Assembly: GCA_964547645.1 (NCBI GenBank)
Contig: CAZJOM010000013.1
Location: forward strand, 1,982-65,981
DNA: 64,000 nucleotides
DNA from: an uncultured Flavobacteriaceae bacterium
GTDB taxonomy: Bacteria > Pseudomonadota > Alphaproteobacteria > Micropepsales > Micropepsaceae
Reading direction: 5' to 3'
Position numbers and translations under genes: made by a program
In this document: one piece after another, positions 45,858 through 55,515 of the stretch
Position numbering within the stretch: the stretch's first letter is position 1
Layout: every line of letters starts with the position of its first letter
Notes under the pieces: model-generated
Seen by the model: the letters and a program-made list of their open reading frames with translations, nothing else
Database searches by the model: none
Told to the model about the DNA's origin: nothing

Positions 45858-47306
45858 TCACTCCGCTGCTTGGCGCAGCGCTTGCGCGGTTTTGGTTTCG
45901 AGGTGGCGATGGATGGCTTCGGCAACGTCGCGACCGTCGCGAATGGCCCAGACGACGAGCGAAGCGCCTCGAACGATATCACCAGCAGCGAACACGCCGG
46001 GAAGCGAGGTCATCATCGTCTTGTGGTCGATCTTGAGCGTGCCCCAGCGCGAGAGCGCGAGGTCCTTTTCGCCGAACGCGCCTGGCAGGTCTTCGGGATC
46101 GAAGCCCAGCGCCATGACTACGAGGTCGGCGGGCAGCGTGAAGTCGCTGTCGGGGATTTCTTCAGGTACCTGACGGCCGGTCGCGTCGGCCGTGCCGAGG
46201 CGCATACGAGTGGCGCGCACGGCGGTGACGCGTTTGTCGCCCATGAAGGCCTTCGGCACACCGAGCCACGAGAAGATCACGCCCTCCTCCTCCGCGTGGC
46301 TGACTTCACGGAGCGACCCCGGCATGTTCTCGCGATCGCGGCGATAGAGGCAGGTCACCGACTTCGCACCTTGGCGGACTGCCGTGCGGACACAGTCCAT
46401 TGCGGTGTCGCCACCGCCGATGACGACGACGTTTCGGCCGGCGGCATTGAGGCTGCCGTTGTCGAACGCTTTCACTTTGTCGCCGAGGCAGACGCGGTTC
46501 GAGGTCGTTAGATAGTCCAGTGCCGGGACGATGCCTGAGAGACCGATGCCGGGCGCTTGCATGTCGCGCGCTTTGTAGACTCCTGTCGCGATCAAAACTG
46601 CGGCGTGTTGCTTGCGCAGTTTCGCCAGTGTCGTGGTCTTGCCGACCTCGGTGTTGAGGCGGATATCGATGCCGCCCTCGGCGAGGCGCTTGCTGCGCCG
46701 CTCGACGATGTCTTTTTCGAGCTTGAAGTTCGGGATGCCGTAGATCAGCAAGCCGCCGGCGCGGTCGTGGCGATCGTAGATCGTGACGTCGTAGCCTTTC
46801 ACGCGAAGCTGTTCGGCCGCAGCGAAGCCCGCCGGGCCCGCGCCGATGATGCCGATGGAGCGGCCCAGGTTACGCGCCGGTTTGATCGGCTTGATCCAGC
46901 CGCGCTCCCAAGCCGTGTCGGTAATGTACTTTTCGACGGAGCCGATCGTGACCGTACCGTGGCCCGATTGCTCGATAACGCAGTTGCCTTCGCACAGACG
47001 GTCCTGCGGACAAATGCGGCCGCAGACTTCGGGCATGTTGTTGGTCGCCTGGGAGAGTTCGTAGGCCTCCTCGAGGCGGCCTTCGGCGGTCATCTTGAGC
47101 CAGTCGGGAATGTTGTTCTGGAGCGGGCAATGGACCTGGCAGAAGGGGACGCCGCATTGCGAGCAGCGGCCGGCTTGCTCCTCGGCCTTCTTCGTCACGT
47201 ATTCCGCATAGATTTCTGAGAAATCATGGGTACGAGCCGTGGCCGCCCGCTTTTCTGGCATTTGCCGGGGGACGGAGACGAAGCGCAGGAGTTTATTGTC
47301 GGCCAT
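45858..47306 (-). CDS. gltD: Glutamate synthase (NADPH) small subunit
   Basis: 482 aa. CSQCGVPFCQVHCPLQNNIPDW (Fe-S), IGIIGAGPAGFAAA and VVVIGGGDTAMDC dinucleotide folds. Order is gltD-gltB, as in Azospirillum-type loci. Confidence 0.97.
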   Translation of the reverse strand: MADNKLLRFVSVPRQMPEKRAATARTHDFSEIYAEYVTKKAEEQAGRCSQCGVPFCQVHCPLQNNIPDWLKMTAEGRLEEAYELSQATNNMPEVCGRICPQDRLCEGNCVIEQSGHGTVTIGSVEKYITDTAWERGWIKPIKPARNLGRSIGIIGAGPAGFAAAEQLRVKGYDVTIYDRHDRAGGLLIYGIPNFKLEKDIVERRSKRLAEGGIDIRLNTEVGKTTTLAKLRKQHAAVLIATGVYKARDMQAPGIGLSGIVPALDYLTTSNRVCLGDKVKAFDNGSLNAAGRNVVVIGGGDTAMDCVRTAVRQGAKSVTCLYRRDRENMPGSLREVSHAEEEGVIFSWLGVPKAFMGDKRVTAVRATRMRLGTADATGRQVPEEIPDSDFTLPADLVVMALGFDPEDLPGAFGEKDLALSRWGTLKIDHKTMMTSLPGVFAAGDIVRGASLVVWAIRDGRDVAEAIHRHLETKTAQALRQAAE

Positions 47307-47457
47307 TGAGCGGCACCCGCAAGAATTGACTGAGCCGCCGCCTTATACGGATCAAAAGTTGCCGGAAAAAGGTCGGATGGCCGATTAATGACATCAATTA
47401 TGACCTAATTTCTGACGAGTAGGGCCAATAAGCGCCACGAGCGGTAGCTTCGGCAGT

Positions 47458-47484
47458 CAATTAGTTCCGTTATGGAACTAATTG
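47458..47484. repeat. Perfect 11-bp inverted repeat (possible operator) in the gltD/uppP divergent region
   Basis: CAATTAGTTCC-GTTAT-GGAACTAATTG, 87 bp upstream of the uppP ATG. The surrounding intergenic DNA is clearly A/T-rich. Confidence 0.9.
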
Positions 47485-47570
47485 TGCTTGAGCGACAGGT
47501 TTGTGCGGTCGGGCGGGGCAGTGTAAACCCGCGCGCTCATCTTAGCCGCGGCGTGGCCGACCGGAGCCTC

Positions 47571-48422
47571 ATGGACCTGCTTTGGAAGATTGTTTCGGCC
47601 ATCATTCTTGCGCTGGTTGAGGGGATTACCGAGTTTCTGCCCGTTTCGTCGACCGGGCACATGATCATCGTCCGGGAGCTGCTGGCGCTGGATGTGCCGC
47701 CGGGCCACGTGTTCGAGATCGTCATTCAGTTCGGCGCGATCCTTTCGATCTGCGTGATCTACTTTGAGTATCTGTGGAACGTCACGAAGGCGGTGCCGGT
47801 GAACCCGAACGCCCAGCGCTTTGCGGTCGGGCTCTTGATTGCGTTTTTGCCGGCGGCGATCCTTGGCGTTTTGCTTTCCGATTTCATCACGCAATACCTG
47901 TTCTCAAAGTGGGTGGTGGCGTTGATGCTGGTGGTGGGCGGTGTCGCGATCCTGTTCATCGAGCGGCTGGTCAAAATCCCGCAGTACTACGCGGTGGAAG
48001 ATTTTCCACTTAGCCTCTATCTCAAGATCGGGCTTTGTCAGTGCTTGGCGCTGGTTCCGGGCGTGTCGCGCTCAGGCGCCACAATCATGGGATCGTTGTT
48101 GTTGAAGGTTGAGCGCGGGGCGGCGGCGGAGTTTTCGTTCTTCCTGGCGATCCCCACGATGCTCGGCGCCGCAGTTTATTCGCTCTACAAGCATTGGGCG
48201 GACATGCACTCGTCCGATTTGCTGGTTCTCTCGATCGGATTTGTGATCGCCTATATCAGCGCCTATTACGTCGCGAAGGCGTTCATCAGCTTCGTGTCGA
48301 ACAACGGGTTCGGCATCTTTGCGTGGTACCGCATCGTCGCCGGATCGATCCTGCTCGGTTATCTCACGTTCCGCGAGAACGCGGACGTTCTGACCCCGTG
48401 GGTGACGTGGGCGCTGAGCTAA
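47571..48422 (+). CDS. uppP: Undecaprenyl-diphosphate phosphatase
   Basis: ATG 47571 within track ORF 47472..48422. ALVEGITEFLPVSSTGHMII and PGVSRSGATI motifs. Confidence 0.95.
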   Translation: MDLLWKIVSAIILALVEGITEFLPVSSTGHMIIVRELLALDVPPGHVFEIVIQFGAILSICVIYFEYLWNVTKAVPVNPNAQRFAVGLLIAFLPAAILGVLLSDFITQYLFSKWVVALMLVVGGVAILFIERLVKIPQYYAVEDFPLSLYLKIGLCQCLALVPGVSRSGATIMGSLLLKVERGAAAEFSFFLAIPTMLGAAVYSLYKHWADMHSSDLLVLSIGFVIAYISAYYVAKAFISFVSNNGFGIFAWYRIVAGSILLGYLTFRENADVLTPWVTWALS

Positions 48423-49396
48423 GCGCTGCGCGGCTCGGCGTATTGGCCGGTGGCGCGATAGGCGTAGAGGTAGCTCGGGACCACCGTTTCGACCGCTGTC
48501 GGCTGCACGCAGAGATCGGCGAGCGTGCCGACTGACGCTGCGTCAGGTCCTGCCTTCACGACGTTATCGACGCGAAGCAGGCGCGCTTGATCGAGCGTGA
48601 TCGGCGAGAACGGCAGCCAGCCCGTGAGCGCTGCAAACGTTTCAAGTAGGAACGAGGGGATGGGCATGAACCGGCGCTTGCGCTCGATGACGTTAGAGAT
48701 GAACGTCAGCAAGTCCTTCAGCGAATAAACCGCGGGACCGCCGAGTTCATAGGTGCGGCCGCGGGCGCGCTCATCCACGATCGCGTTGGCGACAGCATCA
48801 GCGACGTCGCCGACGAAGACAGGCTGGAACTTCGTCTTGCCACCGGCGAACAGCGGGAAAACCAACTTCGACATGCGCATCAGGCTCGCGAACATGTTGA
48901 AGAAGCCGTCGCCTTGGCCGAACACGATCGAGGGGCGGAGCACGGTCGTGGCCGGAAAAGCTGCGCGGGCATTGCTTTCGCCGGCTGCCTTGGAGCGGGC
49001 GTAGGCGGAGCGCGCGTTCGGATCGGCGCCGATCGAAGAAATGTGGATGAGGCGCGAGACGCGGGCCGTCGCGGCCGCGGCGGCGATCGTTGCCGGTCCG
49101 TCGGCGTGAAGCGCTTCAAACGTACGGCCGCCCGATTCGCGCAGGATGCCCACCAGATTGACGACGACCGATGCACCTTCAACGGCGGCAGCAATTTCAG
49201 CCTCGTTGCGGATGTCGGCGCGGACGATGGCGATCTGGCCTACGTCGCCAAGCGGCTTCATCGAAAAGGCCAGCGAGGGTTTGCGCGTCGTCACGCGGAT
49301 GCGGTAGCCGGCCTTCGCCAGCCGCCGGACGACGGCGCGGCCCAAAAAGCCGGTGCCGCCAATCACCGTCACCAGCGTGTTCGAAGCCTTAGCCAT
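48419..49396 (-). CDS. Complex I NDUFA9-like NAD(P)H-binding SDR family protein
   Basis: Track ORF 48419..49513 trimmed to ATG 49396 (MAKASNTLVTVIGGTGFLGRAVVRRLA). YARSKAAGE. Typical alphaproteobacterial NDUFA9 homologue. Confidence 0.8.
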   Translation of the reverse strand: MAKASNTLVTVIGGTGFLGRAVVRRLAKAGYRIRVTTRKPSLAFSMKPLGDVGQIAIVRADIRNEAEIAAAVEGASVVVNLVGILRESGGRTFEALHADGPATIAAAAATARVSRLIHISSIGADPNARSAYARSKAAGESNARAAFPATTVLRPSIVFGQGDGFFNMFASLMRMSKLVFPLFAGGKTKFQPVFVGDVADAVANAIVDERARGRTYELGGPAVYSLKDLLTFISNVIERKRRFMPIPSFLLETFAALTGWLPFSPITLDQARLLRVDNVVKAGPDAASVGTLADLCVQPTAVETVVPSYLYAYRATGQYAEPRSA

Positions 49397-49541
49397 CCGC
49401 GTGCCCTCCAACCCTTGAGTCGTGGCGCTTGTAGCGAAAAGGCTGCCCCGCTTGAAGGGCGATCGCTTTCGGCTTCCGGTGGCAGACGGGCCGTTGACAG
49501 GCGGGGGGCCCACAGATATCCCTCGCCCCCTTCAATCCCGT

Positions 49542-49626
49542 GCCCAGATGGCGGAATTGGTAGACGCGCTAGTTTCAGGTACTAGTACCGCGAGGTGTGG
49601 AGGTTCGAGTCCTCTTCTGGGCACCA
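49542..49626 (+). tRNA. tRNA-Leu (anticodon CAG), long variable arm, CCA encoded
   Basis: Manual fold: acceptor GCCCAGA/TCTGGGC, anticodon stem CTAGT/ACTAG with loop TTCAGGT, variable arm, T arm GGAGG-TTCGAGT-CCTCT, then ACCA. Confidence 0.95.
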
Positions 49627-49745
49627 CGCTTCGCTGCGAAGCAAGCGAAGCCTGCCCTGCGTAGCCCGCTTGGGCGAAGCACGGGCGATTTCCGCAGCTA
49701 CGCGCAGCGCCGCCCCCTGTTGGCCTCCTCTGGAAATTCGGCTGC

Positions 49746-50408
49746 ATGATACCGCGGGAGTTGATTGGTACTGCGTTGGTCCCTGGGGGTGGGGAGCTGC
49801 GGCTGTTTCGGCGCGGGGACGATTTTATGATTGTTGCTGGCCGCGACGAGCTGATGAGTAGCCGTATGAGCGGGTCGGAAGAGGCGCTGGCGGTGATGAC
49901 GTGCGAGCGTCTCAAGAGCCCTGCCCCGCATCTTTTGATTGGCGGTTATGGTATGGGCTTTACGTTGCGGGCGGCGCTGGCGCGGTTGGCGCCAGGTGCG
50001 CGCGTTGCGGTTGCCGAACTTGTTCCAGAGATCATCGACTGGGCGCGCGGGCCGATGGCGGCTTTGACGGCCGGTTGTCTCGACGATCCGCGCGTACAGT
50101 TGATTGCTGGAGATGTTGCCGACGCGATCAGTGCGGCGCGACGCCGTTATGATGCGATTTTGCTCGATGTCGATAACGGTCCGGATGGGTTGACGCGTGC
50201 CGCCAACGATCGGCTCTATTCGATGGCGGGGCTTGCCACGGCCAAAGCGGCGCTCAAACCTGGTGGCGTGTTGGCGATTTGGTCGGCGGCACCTGACACC
50301 GCGTTTTCGCGCCGGTTGAGATCGTCGGGGTTCAAAGTCGACGAGGTGACCGTGCGGGCGCGAAGCAACGGCAAGGGGCCGCGGCACGTGATTTGGTTCG
50401 CGAGTTAA
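49746..50408 (+). CDS. Spermidine synthase-like class I methyltransferase-fold protein
   Basis: 220 aa. LLIGGYGMGFTLRAAL..., VAVAELVPEII, DAILLDVDNGPD, LKPGGVLAIW. Confidence 0.7.
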   Translation: MIPRELIGTALVPGGGELRLFRRGDDFMIVAGRDELMSSRMSGSEEALAVMTCERLKSPAPHLLIGGYGMGFTLRAALARLAPGARVAVAELVPEIIDWARGPMAALTAGCLDDPRVQLIAGDVADAISAARRRYDAILLDVDNGPDGLTRAANDRLYSMAGLATAKAALKPGGVLAIWSAAPDTAFSRRLRSSGFKVDEVTVRARSNGKGPRHVIWFAS

Positions 50409-50419
50409 AATTCAGGGCC

Positions 50420-51343
50420 ATGATGGCGGACGGTGAGATTCTGGCTGGCGTGTATGGCGTGCTGCCGCTGGACTTGGCGCGAGCGCCGGATGGTGCGCGC
50501 CAGTTGTCGCCGCTTCATCCGGGAGCCGACGATCTTGGCGCTGCATGTCCGGGCTCCTACTCCAGTATCGTAATGCTGGCGCCGGCCGGCACGCTGGAGC
50601 GGCGGCACGCCATGGCGGAGGCGTTGACCGCGCTCGCGCCCGGCGCTGCGTTCGCGGCGATCGCGCCGAAGGACAAGGGCGGCTCGCGCTTGAAGAAGGA
50701 ACTGGAGGCGTTTGGCTGCGCCGTCGATGAAACGGCCAAAAGCCATCATCGCATCTGCGTTGTGCAGCGGCCGGCGACTCTGATTGGGGTGGAGGACGCG
50801 CTCGTCGCGGGCGCGCCACGCTTTGTGGAGGAGATCGGTCTTTGGTCGCAACCGGGGGTGTTCAGCTGGGACAGGATCGATCCGGGCAGCATTCTGCTCG
50901 TGTCACGGCTGCCGATGTTCAAGGGACACGGCGCCGATCTGGGTTGCGGCATCGGCTTTCTGTCGCATGGTGTGCTGCGATCGCCCGGCGTCGAGCGATT
51001 GGAGCTTGTCGATATCGACCGCCGCGCGATCGAGGCTGCACGGCGTAATGTGGCAGACCCGCGCGCGCATCTGTACTGGACCGATGCTGCACGTAGCGAC
51101 CTGCGCTTTAGTAAGCTCGACTTTGTCGTGATGAACCCGCCCTTTCACAGCGGTGCGAGTGAAGACAAGGCGTTGGGCCAAGCCTTCATCCGCAACGCGG
51201 CGCAGATGTTGCGACCGGGCGGCGTCTGCTGGCTCGTCGCGAACCGGCATCTGCCCTATGAGGCGGTGCTGACGGCGACGTTCAAGTCTGTGCGTCTCGA
51301 TCACGAGGCCGACGGTTTCAAGATTTTCGAGGCCAAGGCATGA
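50420..51343 (+). CDS. Class I SAM-dependent rRNA methyltransferase, RsmC/RlmG-like (MTS domain)
   Basis: ATG 50420 within track ORF 50393..51343. GADLGCGIGFLS (motif I) and DFVVMNPPFH (NPPF motif IV). Confidence 0.75.
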   Translation: MMADGEILAGVYGVLPLDLARAPDGARQLSPLHPGADDLGAACPGSYSSIVMLAPAGTLERRHAMAEALTALAPGAAFAAIAPKDKGGSRLKKELEAFGCAVDETAKSHHRICVVQRPATLIGVEDALVAGAPRFVEEIGLWSQPGVFSWDRIDPGSILLVSRLPMFKGHGADLGCGIGFLSHGVLRSPGVERLELVDIDRRAIEAARRNVADPRAHLYWTDAARSDLRFSKLDFVVMNPPFHSGASEDKALGQAFIRNAAQMLRPGGVCWLVANRHLPYEAVLTATFKSVRLDHEADGFKIFEAKA

Positions 51344-52074
51344 GCAAGCAGTCCACCATGCGCATCGACCGCTTGCTCGCGAACATGGGCTATGGCTCGC
51401 GCCGCGAGATCGAGCGTTTGGCGACAAGCGCTCGCGTGATCTTCGACGGGAAGCCGGTGAACGATGTCAGCGTGCGGATCGCCGTCACTGCCGATCTGCC
51501 GACGCGCATGTCTATCGACGGCGAGCCGCTCGATCCGCCGCCCGGCCTAATCCTCGCGCTACACAAACCGCTTGGCGTTACGTGCTCCCATAAGGAAGCA
51601 GGGCCTTTGGTCTTTGATCTTCTGCCGCCGCGTTGGCGCAAACGGGAGCCGGTGATCTCGACTGTCGGGCGGCTCGACAAAGATACGTCGGGCCTTTTGC
51701 TCATGACGGACGACGGCGCGCTGCTGCATCGGATCATTGCGCCGAAGAGCAAGGTCGCGAAACGCTATTGCGTCAAACTGGCCCGGCCGCTCGCGGGCAA
51801 CGAGGCGGCTCTGTTCGGTGCGGGCGGCCTGATGTTGGAGAGCGACGATAAGCCGTTGCTGCCGGCCGAGTTCGAGCCTTTGTCGGAAAGCTCGGGCCTG
51901 TTGACGTTGCACGAGGGCCGCTACCATCAGGTGCGCCGGATGTTCGCCGCCATCGGCAACCACGTCGAGGCGCTGCACCGCGATCAAGTCGGGGGGCTCA
52001 GCTTGTCGAACGACCTTGCCGCGGGGCAGTGGCGGTTGCTCGGCGAGGCAGACGTCGAGCAGATATTTGCGTAA
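51340..52074 (+). CDS. rsuA: Pseudouridine synthase, RsuA/RluB family (S4 domain plus catalytic domain)
   Basis: 244 aa. RIDRLLANMGYGSRREIERL (S4), GRLDKDTSGLLLMTDDG (catalytic Asp), EGRYHQVRRMF. ATGA overlap with the upstream gene. Confidence 0.85.
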   Translation: MSKQSTMRIDRLLANMGYGSRREIERLATSARVIFDGKPVNDVSVRIAVTADLPTRMSIDGEPLDPPPGLILALHKPLGVTCSHKEAGPLVFDLLPPRWRKREPVISTVGRLDKDTSGLLLMTDDGALLHRIIAPKSKVAKRYCVKLARPLAGNEAALFGAGGLMLESDDKPLLPAEFEPLSESSGLLTLHEGRYHQVRRMFAAIGNHVEALHRDQVGGLSLSNDLAAGQWRLLGEADVEQIFA

Positions 52075-52188
52075 CACTTCGCGCTCCTGGTTTTGCGTGT
52101 CGACCATAGCAATCGTTCTGGCCGGGCTTGACCTGGTCGGCCACACCGTGGCTTCTGGCCTTTAGAAACAGCCGGATTCTCTGAGACC

Positions 52189-52800
52189 ATGAAGATTCAT
52201 TTCCACGAGGGTGACCTGCCTGCGGGCGTCGACTTCGGCAAAAGCGTTGCCATCGATACGGAGACGTTGGGATTGAACCCGCTGCGCGATGCGTTGTGCC
52301 TAGCGCAGTTATCCGGTGGCGATGGGCATTGTCACATCGTGCGCTTCGACCGGAAGACTTATCATGCGCCGAACATGGTCCGGCTGCTCACCGATCCGGA
52401 GGTCGTCAAGATTTTTCACTACGCGCGGTTCGATGTGGGGGTGTTTCAGAAGTATTTGAACACGCCGACCTCGCCGATCTGGTGCACGAAGATCGCGTCG
52501 AAGTTGGTGCGGACTTACACGGATAAGCACGGGCTCAAGGACCTCGTCAAAGAACAGCTCGATGTTGATCTGTCGAAGCAGCAGCAAAGTTCGGATTGGG
52601 GGGCGGCGAAGCTTAGTGATGCGCAGCTCAGTTATGCGGCGTCTGATGTTCTGCACCTGCACAAACTGAAGAACGCGCTGGACGCGATGCTGGTGCGCGA
52701 GGGGCGGCAGGAGTTGGCGCTGAAGTGCTTTGCATTCGTCGGTACGCGGGCGCAACTGGACCTTGCCGGTTGGGGGCTTGAGGATATCTTTGCGCACTGA
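52189..52800 (+). CDS. Short RNase D-like 3'-5' exonuclease (DEDDy)
   Basis: 203 aa. VAIDTETLGL (ExoI), KIFHYARFDV (ExoII), SYAASDVLHL (ExoIII with Tyr). Confidence 0.8.
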   Translation: MKIHFHEGDLPAGVDFGKSVAIDTETLGLNPLRDALCLAQLSGGDGHCHIVRFDRKTYHAPNMVRLLTDPEVVKIFHYARFDVGVFQKYLNTPTSPIWCTKIASKLVRTYTDKHGLKDLVKEQLDVDLSKQQQSSDWGAAKLSDAQLSYAASDVLHLHKLKNALDAMLVREGRQELALKCFAFVGTRAQLDLAGWGLEDIFAH

Positions 52801-52972
52801 CGGTTTTTCCGGGGCCGGTTAACCGAAAACCGCGGCGTTGCCTTGATTCAGAGGGGCTTCAGGCCCATACTGAACCGAGTTGGCATGAATTTCGCGTCGG
52901 CGCCTTTTTTGCGCCGCACAACCATGACAAAACTCACGTCTTGTTCATGCCCGGTTTGCGAGTTTCGCCCTG

Positions 52973-53977
52973 ATGACAGCCGTTCCTGAAAGCCACAGCA
53001 ATGCCGACCTCGCCGCCGCACGTGCCGTGCTGGCGACGGAGGGCGATGCGCTGGGCGCACTGTCGCGGTCGCTGGATGCGAAATTTTCGCGTGCGATCGA
53101 TTTGCTGGTGGGCGTCGAAGGCCGCGTGATTGTCAGCGGCATGGGCAAGAGCGGACATGTCGGCAACAAGATTGCAGCGACCTTTGCCTCGACCGGAACG
53201 CCGGCGCAGTTCGTCCATCCGGGCGAGGCCAGCCATGGCGACCTTGGCTTTGTCACCCGCAAGGACGCGGCGCTGTTGCTGTCGAACTCCGGCAAGACTT
53301 CTGAGCTGACCGACATCATCGAGTTTACGCGCCGTGCCGGGATCGCGATGATCGCGATTACGAGCGGGGCGGAGTCCCCGTTGGCGCAGCATGCCGATGT
53401 GGCGCTCATTCTGCCGAATGCGCCCGAGGCCTGCCCGATGGGATTGGCACCCACGACGTCGACGACGATGCAGCTTGCGCTAGGCGATGCGCTGGCGGTG
53501 GCATTGATGAAGCGGCGCGGCTTTACGGCGGACGACTATCGTGTTCTGCACCCGGGCGGATCGCTTGGACGGCGCTTGGTGCGCGTCGAGGACATCATGC
53601 ATAAGGGCAGCGAGCTGCCGTTGGTCGCCTTCGACCGCATCATGAGCGACGTGCTGCTTGAGATGACGTCGAAGCGGTTCGGGTGTGCGGGCGTGCTCGA
53701 CGCCTCGGGCGGGCTGATCGGCGTGATCACAGACGGCGACCTGCGCCGGCATATGCAGGGCGATCTCCTGAAGAAGCGCGCGCAGGATGTGATGACGGGT
53801 AAGCCCCGGCTGGTTCGCGCCGGTGCTCTGGGCGGCGAGGCGCTGCGCCTGATGAACCAAAATGCGATTCCGGTCACGTGCCTGTTCGTCGTGGCCGATG
53901 AAGATGTCGCCAAGCCCACGCCGAAGCCCGTCGGCATTGTTCACGTGCACGACTGTCTGCGCGCCGGCGTGGCCTGA
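52973..53977 (+). CDS. kpsF: KpsF/GutQ-family arabinose-5-phosphate isomerase (SIS plus tandem CBS)
   Basis: 334 aa. VIVSGMGKSGHVGNKIAATFASTGTPA, SNSGKTSEL, C-terminal CBS pair. Confidence 0.9.
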   Translation: MTAVPESHSNADLAAARAVLATEGDALGALSRSLDAKFSRAIDLLVGVEGRVIVSGMGKSGHVGNKIAATFASTGTPAQFVHPGEASHGDLGFVTRKDAALLLSNSGKTSELTDIIEFTRRAGIAMIAITSGAESPLAQHADVALILPNAPEACPMGLAPTTSTTMQLALGDALAVALMKRRGFTADDYRVLHPGGSLGRRLVRVEDIMHKGSELPLVAFDRIMSDVLLEMTSKRFGCAGVLDASGGLIGVITDGDLRRHMQGDLLKKRAQDVMTGKPRLVRAGALGGEALRLMNQNAIPVTCLFVVADEDVAKPTPKPVGIVHVHDCLRAGVA

Positions 53978-53982
53978 GAGGC

Positions 53983-54897
53983 GTGATGGCGCAATTCGTT
54001 GTCGATCCAAAGACCGGCCGCCTCGTCCCCGCTGGCAGCGTGACGACGCAAGCGGCCGCGGCGGCACCCCCGCGATCTCGTCTTGACGGATGGGAACAGC
54101 GCGCTCGGCCGCCGGCGGGTTCGACGCTGGGCTACACGCGCTTCGTGCGCATCATGAAGGTGATGCTGCCGTTGGTCGCGATCTCGCTGGTTGTTTTGGT
54201 CGTGGTCTATTCGTCATTCCGCGAGGATAACAAGATTCAGCTCGGCACAACGCAGATCGGAGATCTGCAGAATGATCGCCAGTTGGTCAATCCGAAGCTC
54301 ACCGGCACCGACGGGCGCGGTCAGCCCTTTACGGTCACCGCCAAGGGCGCAACGCAGGCGCCTGGGAAGACGCGAAAGCTCTCGATCGACGACGTGACCG
54401 CCGACATCACCATGCAAGACAAGAGCTGGGTCCAAGTCGGCGCGGTGCAGGGGCTGCTGGATGTCGAAGGTAAGACGCTCGACCTCAACAAGTCGATCAA
54501 CATTTATTCGGACAAAGGCTACGAGTGCCACACCGAGAAGGCGCGGTACGACTTCGGTAGCGGGTTGTTGAAGGGCGACGATCCGATCAGCTGCCAAGGA
54601 CCGATGGGCCTATTCTCAGCCAAGCGGTTTGAGGGTTTGCGCGACCCGGGGGTCTTGCGCTTCATGGGCGGCGTCTCGACGACCTATCAGCCGTCGCAGC
54701 GCGAAGGCAAAGCCGCGAAAGAGGCCGAGACCAATCCCGAAGGCGCGGCGGAGCCCGTGCCCGACAACTTCGACGCTGAAGGCACGACGATCTTAGGCGG
54801 ACCTTCGCCGGGTACCGCTGTTCCGCCCGCCACGCCCACACCACAACAAACCCTTGCCGCGCCCGTCACACCCAAACCGAAGCCGACAACGCCATGA
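53983..54897 (+). CDS. lptC: LPS export protein LptC with extended N-terminus and Pro-rich C-terminal tail
   Basis: 304 aa. YTRFVRIMKVMLPLVAISLVVLVVVY membrane anchor, an LptC-like beta-jellyroll region, then a Pro/Thr/Ala tail (PATPTPQQTLAAPVTPKPKPTTP). Position between kpsF and lptA. Confidence 0.75.
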   Translation: MMAQFVVDPKTGRLVPAGSVTTQAAAAAPPRSRLDGWEQRARPPAGSTLGYTRFVRIMKVMLPLVAISLVVLVVVYSSFREDNKIQLGTTQIGDLQNDRQLVNPKLTGTDGRGQPFTVTAKGATQAPGKTRKLSIDDVTADITMQDKSWVQVGAVQGLLDVEGKTLDLNKSINIYSDKGYECHTEKARYDFGSGLLKGDDPISCQGPMGLFSAKRFEGLRDPGVLRFMGGVSTTYQPSQREGKAAKEAETNPEGAAEPVPDNFDAEGTTILGGPSPGTAVPPATPTPQQTLAAPVTPKPKPTTP

Positions 54898-55466
54898 TCA
54901 GAATTGCATTCGCCTCGATGCTCGCTCTCAGCCTTGCCGCAGCAGCGCAGGCACAGGGTGTCGCCAATCCGTTTTCTGGTATGGGACGCGATAGCGACAA
55001 GCCGATTTCGATTGCCGCTGACTCGACGACGGCCGACCTGCGCGGCGAGACGGCGACCTATGCGGGCAATGTCCGCGTCGAGCAGGGGAACTTGAAGCTG
55101 CGCTCCGACACGCTTTCGATCAAGGCGTCGAAGGGCACGATCATGCGCATCGAGGCGAAGGGCAATGTCGTGCTCGCTTCGCCACAAGGACAAGCAACGG
55201 GCGCGACGGCGCTCTACGATATTTCTCAGCGCGTGGTGAAGATGGGCGGCAAGGTCGTGCTGGCGCAAGGGCAGAACATCCTGCGCGGCACTTCACTGAT
55301 CATTAACCTCGCGACGGGCCGCGCCGAGCTTAGCGGCCAAGGTGGCGCCAGTGGGCGCGTCGAAGGCGTATTCACACCATCGAAGACGCCGAAGATGCCG
55401 ACAATTGGGCCAGCCCCTGCCACGAACGACAAGCAAACGCCGGCAGAAAACAAGCCAACACCGTAG
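54894..55466 (+). CDS. lptA: LPS export periplasmic protein LptA (OstA family)
   Basis: 190 aa with signal peptide MIRIAFASMLALSLAAAAQA and an OstA-like repeat pattern (A..A.Y.GNV.V.QG...L..D.L). ATGA overlap with lptC. Confidence 0.8.
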   Translation: MIRIAFASMLALSLAAAAQAQGVANPFSGMGRDSDKPISIAADSTTADLRGETATYAGNVRVEQGNLKLRSDTLSIKASKGTIMRIEAKGNVVLASPQGQATGATALYDISQRVVKMGGKVVLAQGQNILRGTSLIINLATGRAELSGQGGASGRVEGVFTPSKTPKMPTIGPAPATNDKQTPAENKPTP

Positions 55467-55515
55467 TTTCCTACACGCAACTTTAAGGCCAAGTGGGATT
55501 TCATGAGCGAGTTCA

